A stretch of DNA of 64,000 bases from the NCBI RefSeq assembly GCF_016278385.1, contig NZ_JADQBY010000003.1, positions 641 to 64,640 on the forward strand, given 5' to 3'. Under the pieces are notes generated by a model. It was given only the letters and a program-made list of their open reading frames with translations, made no database searches and was not told the DNA's origin. Shown here one piece after another: positions 27,837-35,642 of the stretch. How positions within the stretch are numbered: the stretch's first letter is position 1; the number at the start of each line of letters is the position of its first letter. This DNA comes from Methanolobus sp. GTDB lineage: Archaea > Halobacteriota > Methanosarcinia > Methanosarcinales > Methanosarcinaceae. A program made the position numbers and the translations under genes.

Positions 27837-30580
27837 CCCCTCCTGTTAATATCGACAACATTCCTGCAGAACTTAAGGAATGTCCACAGTGGGTCATGTG
27901 GAAATTTGTGCAGAAACCAGGTAAGAAAAAACCAGATAAAGTTTTATTCACGGTTGAAAACAAACCAGCAGACTCCACAGCCCCCGGGACCTGGAACATA
28001 TTTGAAGCTTGCATTGAAGCTTTCGACCCAAAGATATTCAATGGTATCGGTTTTGTTTTCTCCTATTATGACCCATATATGGGAGTTGATTGGGATAATA
28101 TCAGGAACCCCGAAACCGGAGAATGGGAGAACGGAACACTTGAAGAGATCAAGCGGTTTGCAAGCTATGCGGAGATCTCCCAGAGTGGAACGGGTGCACA
28201 TGTTATTTGCAAGGGAGAGAAACCGGGGAGCAAGTGCAGGCGTGGAAACTATGAGATGTACACACACGATCGCTTCTTTGTGGTTACAGGAAACCACCTA
28301 GAAGGAACGCCAGATACCATAAACGAAGCACCGCCTGAAGCTATCAAGGCTGTTTATGATAAGATAGATCCACACCGTGAGGCATGCAAGTCCCCGCGAA
28401 ATGGGAGTAAGGAGAGCTGTAACCAGGAGGATGAAAAGGTCATTTCTCTGTTGATGGGCTCATCTATTGCAGATACATTCGAATCTCTGTGGGATGGAAG
28501 CACAGCCGGATATCCTTCAAACAGCGAGGCAGATTATGAACTTGCTAAACTGATAGCCTTCTACACTCAAGATGAAGTCCGGATTGAAAGACTCATGAGA
28601 CAGTCGGGCCTTGCTCGCAGCAAGTGGGATACTCACCCGACTTATCTTAAGGCTACCATTGGGAACGCCATAAGCAGTTTGACAAAAAGATATACACCCC
28701 CCTCAGTGGAAGGAAGAGAGCAAAGCGAACAACAAGCCACGAACGATGAAGAAACCGACCCGCTGATTAAAGAGGCTGCCGACATGATAGCCAGCCGAGA
28801 GAATCCTGTTCAGTTCATTCTTGATACTCACCAGTCTCTGCATGTGGGGGACCTCGAACTTGCTAAGACCTTACTTGTATCCGTTGGCGTTCAGTCGGTT
28901 CTAAACGCGGACGGCATCCAGCCCAAGGTGAGCGGGGAGTCTGGTAAAGGAAAGACACACTGCTGTAAAGCCATGGCTCACCTTGTGCCACCTAAATGGA
29001 TTTTTGAAACAACACTATCAGACAAGGCTATTTTTTACATGAAGGGGCTGAAGGATGGCAGTATCATCTTCTGTGATGATATTGATCTATCTGAAACACT
29101 GGAAGGCGTGATCAAGCGTGCGACCTCCAACTTTCAGACGGGGACCACATACACCACCTTGGACATTAAGCGAAGAGAAGAAACAAAGAGGATACCCTCC
29201 AGGATATCTTGGTGGCTCACTTCGGTGGACGATGACCAAAGCCTGCAGCTGTTAAACAGACAGTTCGGCGGGGGCGTGGACGAGTCAGAGGAACAGGATA
29301 GAAAGGTTGTGGAGTTCCTGTCAAAAAAGGCCGCATCTGGTGAAGTTGGCCTACCCCTGAACGATAGCGTACTGATCTGCAGAGAGATCCTCCAGGACAT
29401 AAAGTCAAGCAATTTCATTGTGAAAATCCCCTTTGTAGAAAGGATTACATGGAGAGATACCAGGAATCGCAGAAACTATTCTATCTTCCTGGATATCTTG
29501 AGGGGATATACAGTTCTTCGACATAGACAAAGGCAGAAAGACCAGGAAGGCGCCCTAATAGCAGAAGTCCAAGACTTCAACGATGCTAAGGCACTGTATA
29601 CTAGGAGGGCGGAGAACCAGGGACTAAAGCTAAGTGATGCGGAGATGCGGCTATGTATAGTACTTGCTGGCAGGGGAGAAGCTACCCGGGAAGAAATTGC
29701 CAAGGCTCTGGGTAAATCCGTGGGCAGAGTATCACATCTAATTTATGGAAAGGATAGAAACAAAGATGCGGGCCTCCTCCATAAAGTTGAGGGATTCTAT
29801 GTTGAAAAAAGAACAGTTGAGAATTCTGTAGGCCACAAAACACAGAAGACATATCTAAAACTCGATGGATTCGACGCCCTTGGAATGTTTGGCTCGGTTG
29901 TGTCTCTTGATGTGGGTGATACGCACTGTTACACGACTGATACACACACTGATACTCCAATAATCAGTAACAATACATACACTGATACCACTGATACCAA
30001 TATAGATAGAGTACAGCAAAAAAAACCCAATTGTGTGAAAAATGAGAAATCTGATTCTTTACTTACACAAAAGTCAAACCAGTGTATCAATGGTATCAGT
30101 AGTTCGCAAGATAGTGAAAAGCTAGGTAACAGTGGTAGTAATATTGCTGGTAACAGTGCATCAGCACCCCCGCTAGATATCGGTAATACCGGAAACACCG
30201 CTATGCAGGAACACTTGTTGGCTTGGGCTCCGCGGTGGGAATCTTCCCATAAAAAGAGCATCAATCGCCTCAACGTGACCCATGTAGCAATGGAATACTG
30301 CAAGAGGTATAGTGTGCCTTCTGACAAGTTCACTGAAGTTACTGATACCATTAGACGGTATGCTAAGATACCCACCGAAAGACCGATGTCTGGTCCATTG
30401 AATGTAGAAGGTGAACAAACACAAGCCTATTGTGCCGACTGTGGATCCACCAGTGCCCCTAACACTTCCACTCTCATAAATGGCCAGGTAGAGCATCGTT
30501 GCCATACCTGCTATCAAAAGTATATCAACCGGGCATCTGAACACCCGAATCAGCCTGAACCTGTGGAGGCCCCGCTATGA
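27833..30580 (+). CDS. Replicase: NrS-1-like AEP primase-polymerase + helical bundle + MCM-related AAA+ helicase + wHTH + Zn finger
   Basis: NIPAELKECPQWVMW, GIGFVF..GVDWD, EISQSGTGAH, YTHDRFFVVTG, SEADYELA...RQSGLARSKWD, Walker A GESGKGKT, Walker B IIFCDD; first in-frame ATG is 27896. Confidence 0.85.
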   Translation: MTPPVNIDNIPAELKECPQWVMWKFVQKPGKKKPDKVLFTVENKPADSTAPGTWNIFEACIEAFDPKIFNGIGFVFSYYDPYMGVDWDNIRNPETGEWENGTLEEIKRFASYAEISQSGTGAHVICKGEKPGSKCRRGNYEMYTHDRFFVVTGNHLEGTPDTINEAPPEAIKAVYDKIDPHREACKSPRNGSKESCNQEDEKVISLLMGSSIADTFESLWDGSTAGYPSNSEADYELAKLIAFYTQDEVRIERLMRQSGLARSKWDTHPTYLKATIGNAISSLTKRYTPPSVEGREQSEQQATNDEETDPLIKEAADMIASRENPVQFILDTHQSLHVGDLELAKTLLVSVGVQSVLNADGIQPKVSGESGKGKTHCCKAMAHLVPPKWIFETTLSDKAIFYMKGLKDGSIIFCDDIDLSETLEGVIKRATSNFQTGTTYTTLDIKRREETKRIPSRISWWLTSVDDDQSLQLLNRQFGGGVDESEEQDRKVVEFLSKKAASGEVGLPLNDSVLICREILQDIKSSNFIVKIPFVERITWRDTRNRRNYSIFLDILRGYTVLRHRQRQKDQEGALIAEVQDFNDAKALYTRRAENQGLKLSDAEMRLCIVLAGRGEATREEIAKALGKSVGRVSHLIYGKDRNKDAGLLHKVEGFYVEKRTVENSVGHKTQKTYLKLDGFDALGMFGSVVSLDVGDTHCYTTDTHTDTPIISNNTYTDTTDTNIDRVQQKKPNCVKNEKSDSLLTQKSNQCINGISSSQDSEKLGNSGSNIAGNSASAPPLDIGNTGNTAMQEHLLAWAPRWESSHKKSINRLNVTHVAMEYCKRYSVPSDKFTEVTDTIRRYAKIPTERPMSGPLNVEGEQTQAYCADCGSTSAPNTSTLINGQVEHRCHTCYQKYINRASEHPNQPEPVEAPL
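29917..30165. repeat. Convergent ACTG(A/T)TAC iteron arrays around an AT-rich spacer (putative origin)
   Basis: Forward copies at 29925, 29936, 29948, 29981, 29990; reverse copies at 30093, 30126, 30150, plus a degenerate one at 30084. Confidence 0.75.
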
Positions 30581-30966
30581 TACCTTCCTGCCTCTACAGT
30601 TCTCCCAGTGAAGCTGGTGGCCCAGAACTCTTGGAAATCAATGCACATTTCATTGTATACTGTGTAGCTTCCCCTGAAGAGCAGGCCATCCTTCTCTACA
30701 AGGTAGACGTGACAGAAAAGGATGTTCTGGGCTTCTATACCTTGGCCGATGTTCCGGATGAGGATCTTGTGCTCGTCCAGATACTGAACGCGGATCTCAA
30801 GTATTGGCTCATATTCTATGGAGTTCCAGAGCCCGGTGGCCTGGAATGGTGGACAGTAGTGGTGAATCACCGTGCAAGACCAATCAAGGAGAAATGTGCA
30901 GCCATGTACTACCGGTACGCTGCGATCAGTGAGGAACTGTTCCCGGGGGAAACGGTGGTATTGTGA
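30577..30966 (+). CDS. Hypothetical protein
   Basis: ATGA-coupled to the replicase; GGAGG upstream. Confidence 0.55.
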   Translation: MIPSCLYSSPSEAGGPELLEINAHFIVYCVASPEEQAILLYKVDVTEKDVLGFYTLADVPDEDLVLVQILNADLKYWLIFYGVPEPGGLEWWTVVVNHRARPIKEKCAAMYYRYAAISEELFPGETVVL

Positions 30967-31202
30967 GAAACGTCCAAGACCTCTCCGCCGAAGAACGTGA
31001 GAAGATCCTGCAGGAAGCAAACCTCAGGTGTTACGGTGAGATAGCCGAGGAGCTGGATATCCCGGTCGGTACAATCAAACGAGTGATTCGAACTCACAAT
31101 GGCAGGATGAAGAGGTATCAATATAGTGATAACTACCCTACTCAGAATAAGCCGTTAAGAACCGAATCACACAAAAAAGAAGCACTAAGAGGCATTAGAT
31201 GA
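30963..31202 (+). CDS. HTH protein (sigma70 region-4-like)
   Basis: LSAEEREKIL...YGEIAEELDIPVGTIKRVI. Confidence 0.7.
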   Translation: MRNVQDLSAEEREKILQEANLRCYGEIAEELDIPVGTIKRVIRTHNGRMKRYQYSDNYPTQNKPLRTESHKKEALRGIR

Positions 31203-31471
31203 CCGAAAAAGACGACATTGACACCCAAACTTTAAAAAAAATGTCAAGAGAACAGCTCCTTGAAGTTTCAACCAGGATGATAACGGATATTGAGCAGCGC
31301 GTGAGAGGTGACCGCTTCCGGGTCAGAGAAGGAGATGAGACTAAACTGAAATTCTTAAGAGTGTTGGTTTCAGCTATTCAAGCACATTCATCCATTCTTA
31401 AAGATGACGATCTCGAAGACATTAAGCGCAGACTCGAACACATCGAAGCAGCCCAGGGGGGACAGATATGA
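31199..31471 (+). CDS. Helical hypothetical protein (possibly small-terminase-like)
   Basis: C-terminal DLEDIKRRLEHIE coiled coil; position after replicase and HTH genes. Confidence 0.5.
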   Translation: MTEKDDIDTQTLKKMSREQLLEVSTRMITDIEQRVRGDRFRVREGDETKLKFLRVLVSAIQAHSSILKDDDLEDIKRRLEHIEAAQGGQI

Positions 31472-32112
31472 GCACAGTAACACTTAGCAAACAACTCGAT
31501 AAAGTAGTATCAAACCTCACAGTTGAGGATCAAGCAGTTTATACCAGGAAAGTAGGAATCGATCTATTTAAAGAGATGAAAGCAGGCAACATCCCAGAGG
31601 ATGAACTTGAACATCGTTTTGATGTGGTTTTATCCAAGATCACTGATACGATGGAGTACGTTGATGCGGTTCGTTTTATCGAGGCCCTGCACAAAGATGC
31701 TATCCGAGTAGCCATCGAAGCATACAAGGAAATGGACCGTAATCACAAGATAGCAGTGATCTGTGGCATAGATGCCACTCGCCGTTTCCTTGAGGAGATA
31801 CTCAACCACGAGGCCACACAGAGCGCATGGCATGAGGACAGGCTATATCATGCTTATCCTGCCGACAAGGCCGTGAGACTCGTAGAAGAAGATATCAAAG
31901 AACGCAAGGAGGCAATGCTCCCAATATTCCAGGGACTTAAGCAATCTGAACAAGAAAGGAATGAACTGCTTAACCCTAAATTATGGGAAGGTCTGGGCGG
32001 AGTCCCTGAAATAGAACCATATCAGACCTTGCTTACTAAGAGAGTTCGGCGGATATGCCCCGATTCTCGGTTATTGCCTGCCAGTTTTGCAGATGCCGAT
32101 GTAAGTGTGTGA
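31468..32112 (+). CDS. Hypothetical protein
   Basis: 214-aa ORF with ATGA overlap. Confidence 0.6.
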   Translation: MSTVTLSKQLDKVVSNLTVEDQAVYTRKVGIDLFKEMKAGNIPEDELEHRFDVVLSKITDTMEYVDAVRFIEALHKDAIRVAIEAYKEMDRNHKIAVICGIDATRRFLEEILNHEATQSAWHEDRLYHAYPADKAVRLVEEDIKERKEAMLPIFQGLKQSEQERNELLNPKLWEGLGGVPEIEPYQTLLTKRVRRICPDSRLLPASFADADVSV

Positions 32113-32169
32113 GCTCAATTCCTGGGCTCTCTGACTTTTTAAGAGCCATGTTCACTGGGAGGCAAAAAC

Positions 32170-32682
32170 ATGTTTCTCTGTCATTCCTATCATGAAGACA
32201 GCTACGGTGTCATTTGCACCAACAAATGTGAACATCGCTTGACCTGTCAAAAGCCAAAGAGGTCTCTTATGATCCCCGCGGTGAGCATCGTGTGCGGGTC
32301 AAAGGGAACGGGCGAGGAAGCCGGTGTTAAGGCCGAGTGTTTCAGCATCGAGGAAACACAACCAGATGCCTATATCAATGATCTCATATTTTACGGCCAT
32401 GATTCTTCTGATGTGCTTGAGATCACCTGTGCAAAACCGGGGTGTAATAACCGATTCCACATGACGGAATCACAGTGGAACAAGTTCAACGATGTGTATT
32501 ATCGGAAGTACGGCCGGTTCATGCTTCCTTACTGTTCTAAACAATGCCAAGAAGAACACCTTCGCCTGTTGCTGCCTGGTAAGAAAATTGTGTTAGTTTT
32601 TGTGGATATCGGGAAGGACAGAAAGTGCAACACATCGGTTGTTTTCGATGACCCACTGCATCACGCGGTGGTAACCCAATAA
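32170..32682 (+). CDS. Cys-rich protein with a zinc-ribbon (zf-trcl-like) segment
   Basis: GGAGG RBS; CAKPGCNNRFHMTESQW...PYCSKQC. Confidence 0.55.
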   Translation: MFLCHSYHEDSYGVICTNKCEHRLTCQKPKRSLMIPAVSIVCGSKGTGEEAGVKAECFSIEETQPDAYINDLIFYGHDSSDVLEITCAKPGCNNRFHMTESQWNKFNDVYYRKYGRFMLPYCSKQCQEEHLRLLLPGKKIVLVFVDIGKDRKCNTSVVFDDPLHHAVVTQ

Positions 32683-32694
32683 TTTCAACCTTCC

Positions 32695-32717
32695 TTTATA
32701 TAGGTGGTACGTACCAC
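32695..32717 (+). promoter_or_regulatory. TATA box plus perfect palindromic operator GTGGTACGTACCAC
   Basis: TTTATATA at 32695-32702; 14-bp palindrome at 32704-32717; ATG at 32726. Confidence 0.65.
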
Positions 32718-32725
32718 ACGTAGGT

Positions 32726-32878
32726 ATGTATGACCGAAACCAGTGGGCTCAGGTCTTGCTTCCCAAGTCCATCCGTAGAGACATACGCGAGATCGCACGC
32801 TCCCAGAAGATGAAAAACTGGGAAGTCGTCGGTCTTGCCCTCCAGGAACTAAAATCAAAGCAGGTGACCACCGTATGA
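32726..32878 (+). CDS. 50-aa RHH-like protein, paralog of 27146..27277 (not in ORF track)
   Basis: WAQVLLPKSIRRDIREIARSQKMKNWEVVGLALQEL; ATGA overlap with 32875. Confidence 0.7.
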   Translation: MYDRNQWAQVLLPKSIRRDIREIARSQKMKNWEVVGLALQELKSKQVTTV

Positions 32879-33288
32879 ATATGAACGCAAAAGCACAGCC
32901 CGTCCTCGAAAGGATCAACCAGTTTACACAAGACTTCAACGTCCTGTTCAAAGAAGCAGTTGAAAGCACTCGCCAAGAGATCCGGGGCCAGGAACACAGA
33001 GAGGCTATGGAAAGGCTCTATGGTCCACGTGGCATTCTCTCGAGTTACCAGACACTCAAAGTCAACAGAGAGAACGCCCGGTTTGTTTCAAAGATTTTCA
33101 AATTAATGGAATCTCTCGATGATGTGAAGGCCGACAGCACAGAGACAATCCATTCACGTGGAAAAGAGCACGGGTTCACTGTGGAAGAAAGCATGTGTAT
33201 ATACAACATGAACCTGTATGCCAAGGCCCTCAGCAATCTCGGTGCACAGAAAGACAAGATGGTCGAGATCATCTTGGCAGAGGAGTGA
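32875..33288 (+). CDS. Helical hypothetical protein, paralog A
   Basis: Shares GKEHGF...S...M..YAKA...L...K with the next ORF. Confidence 0.7.
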   Translation: MNMNAKAQPVLERINQFTQDFNVLFKEAVESTRQEIRGQEHREAMERLYGPRGILSSYQTLKVNRENARFVSKIFKLMESLDDVKADSTETIHSRGKEHGFTVEESMCIYNMNLYAKALSNLGAQKDKMVEIILAEE

Positions 33289-33327
33289 ACAGGGACATCC
33301 CTACTGATTTCAATTCGAGGAATTACA

Positions 33328-33744
33328 ATGAAAACCAACACCAAAACACTTGAATCAAAGTTCGAGGACTTCAAGAAGGATGTCCTGGCAGAGTATCAGG
33401 AAACTACCCACAAATTCCAGGAAGAGGTCAAAGAAAAAGAATTTATGAAAGGCCTTAAATCTCTCGCGGACACCCTTCCAGACATCGAGAATCTGCCGAT
33501 CACAAAGACCAATGCGGATACTGTTGTTAACGTGTTCAAGCTCCTGGACCGTTTCCAGAAGAATCCCGACACCTACACTACGAAATGGGATGAGCTTGCA
33601 GTTGAGCTTGCTGGAAAGGAGCACGGCTTTGACAAGAAGATGTCGTACTCACTGTTTTACATGGCCAGGTATGCCAAGGCTCACGAGAGGCTGACATCCA
33701 AGAAGACAGAACTCTACCAGGTCATTACCGGGGTGAATCTGTGA
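33328..33744 (+). CDS. Helical hypothetical protein, paralog B
   Basis: GAGGA RBS; motif shared with the previous ORF. Confidence 0.7.
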   Translation: MKTNTKTLESKFEDFKKDVLAEYQETTHKFQEEVKEKEFMKGLKSLADTLPDIENLPITKTNADTVVNVFKLLDRFQKNPDTYTTKWDELAVELAGKEHGFDKKMSYSLFYMARYAKAHERLTSKKTELYQVITGVNL

Positions 33745-33920
33745 GCAACGACGAAATCATCCAGCGAGCCGTCAAAAATGCTCTTGATGACTTCCACCAG
33801 CAGAAGGGGGAAGCGCCTATAAGGTCCGAGGTGTCAAAGCACTTAAGAACCGATGAATACGTAGCTCCCGAAGGACTCGGTGTGTCTGGGATCACCGTGA
33901 CTGTGGATAAAAAACACTGA
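33741..33920 (+). CDS. 59-aa hypothetical protein (not in ORF track)
   Basis: GGGGTGA RBS and GTGA overlap; MSNDEIIQRAVKNALDDFHQQKGEAPIR... Confidence 0.55.
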   Translation: MSNDEIIQRAVKNALDDFHQQKGEAPIRSEVSKHLRTDEYVAPEGLGVSGITVTVDKKH

Positions 33921-33932
33921 ACCAAGGCAGCG

Positions 33933-33990
33933 GAGGCACCCGAAAGCGTGGTGGCAGGGGGTGCCTCAAAACTATTTCTTAACTGTTTTT
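33933..33990 (+). terminator. Hairpin terminator of the element's last operon
   Basis: GAGGCACCC...GGGTGCCTC followed by a T-rich tract. Confidence 0.55.
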
Positions 33991-34147
33991 CAGGTAATTG
34001 TGATATAATGGGTCTATATCCTGCCGGTTCTATATTTAATTCTACATCTGCTCGACAAGTATCGAGAAAACTATAGTACCCTCTTTTCGGATCTTAAAAA
34101 ATAAGGAAAATCACCATCCATAAAGGACGGTGTATAAAAAATTTATT

Positions 34148-34162
34148 AGTACATCAGCCGGG
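34148..34162 (+). repeat. Right att core within the tRNA-Gly 3' end
   Basis: Identical to 22049-22063. Confidence 0.92.
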
Positions 34163-34221
34163 ATTCGAACCCGGGTTCGAGCGTTGGCAACGCCCGGTGA
34201 TGACCGCTACACTACTGATGT
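34150..34221 (-). tRNA. tRNA-Gly(GCC)
   Basis: Cloverleaf ACATCAG...CTGATGT-A, anticodon GCC, T-loop TTCGAAT. Confidence 0.95.
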
Positions 34222-34233
34222 TCTTAGATTAGG

Positions 34234-34307
34234 TGCCCAGACCCGGACTCGAACCGGGGACAACTGCCTCTTCAGGGCAGCGCTCTCCCAAACTGAGCTA
34301 CCTGGGC
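34234..34307 (-). tRNA. tRNA-Phe(GAA)
   Basis: GCCCAGG...TCTGGGC-A; anticodon loop CTGAAGA. Confidence 0.95.
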
Positions 34308-34371
34308 ATAATGACCCGAAGCACCTAAATGTTGCTTTTAGATTTAAATTTATCTGTTACTGAACTGCTTG

Positions 34372-34448
<77 letters not shown>

Positions 34449-35015
34449 ATTGAACAGTTAGCTAATGTCTGTAAACACCTTGCTGCATAACGGCACTTAA
34501 GTGCTATTATCGCATGCCTTGGCGCTTACCAGCACCCCACATAATGCATAATAGATAATAAACCTTTTGGGTAAACAGACACAACATGGTCATTTACCAT
34601 ATAAAGAACAATCTTTCTTGTAATTATCAAGCAATATTTCCTTTACTGCGACAGCAAGATATTAGATGGCCAGAGATGAAAAACCATTTGTACCAACACA
34701 TAGGACGCGTGACAATAAAAATTTATTATATCCAATCTCACCATTTGCCTTTAAAGCACAAGATGATAGCATCCCCCCTCCTCTGCACATCGGTTAATCC
34801 TTTATTCATAAAACCATTTTATTTGATAATCTTGAATGTATTTAAATTTCTATTCAATGATGAGGCATAATTATCGAACATAGATACATTCCATACCATG
34901 AATATCTTAACACTCAATCACATGGGGCCATGACCAATCCATTACAAAATAGATTCATGTGCAGAGACATGAATATAAAAAATGAACATAATAAGTGATG
35001 AATAAATTAAATAAT

Positions 35016-35462
35016 TCAGCCACTGTAGAAAGTATCGGGTGTGGCACTGGCGCCAGAAATAGTTCGCGTAGAACCATCCGGGTAAACTAGTGTCAGCACC
35101 TTTACAGTGGTACCAAGTTTATGAGAATCATGGAGATAGAATTCATCATTTTGACGAGAGACATTGTTAACTAAAATGACCGCCTGATCGTTTCTAAGCT
35201 CAATTACCTCAATATCCCCAAAATCAAAGAAAAGGTCGTCAATAGCAGGTTCCAGATTATGTGCACCCAGCAGGAATACATACATACCGGAGAACATATC
35301 CAGGCCATAGGACACTGAAATAACTGCATCTGTGCCCTGAAATCTCATTGAAACGTGATTAACTTTTATATATTCCTCACCATTTGAAATGATATCATAA
35401 TTAGCTGAGAACGATAAAAGAGAGAGAATCAATGCAAATATCAGAAAAACTGTCAGCTTCAT
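35016..35462 (-). CDS. Secreted hypothetical protein
   Basis: Signal-peptide-like N-terminus; 148 aa. Confidence 0.65.
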   Translation of the reverse strand: MKLTVFLIFALILSLLSFSANYDIISNGEEYIKVNHVSMRFQGTDAVISVSYGLDMFSGMYVFLLGAHNLEPAIDDLFFDFGDIEVIELRNDQAVILVNNVSRQNDEFYLHDSHKLGTTVKVLTLVYPDGSTRTISGASATPDTFYSG

Positions 35463-35642
35463 TTCATATCATATCCAGGGGCAAAAAATGCATAGTTTCT
35501 TATATCCTGATACCACTATATTCATATTAACTTTACTCACAAGTTAAATATAAAATAAATTTGATTTACATAATTATAAAAACCGCCAAGTATATATTTT
35601 GTACGTACAACTGTGAATAACCACAAACCTTGTGAGAAGACT

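Larger units (their letters stand above)
22049..34162. mobile_element. Integrative (satellite/plasmid-like) element inserted in tRNA-Gly(GCC)
   Basis: 15-bp direct repeats AGTACATCAGCCGGG at both ends match the tRNA-Gly 3' end; integrase, replicase and TA pair inside; core visibly GC-richer than flanks. Confidence 0.92.

Noticed and set aside
22049..34162. Complete head-tail provirus or conjugative element
   Set aside because: No recognisable terminase large subunit, portal, HK97 capsid, tail, relaxase or T4SS ATPase
34130..34363. 77-aa ORF in the track
   Set aside because: Antisense to tRNA-Gly and tRNA-Phe; spurious
34586..34870. 94-aa ORF upstream of the tRNA cluster
   Set aside because: AT-rich, no RBS or motifs; likely non-coding
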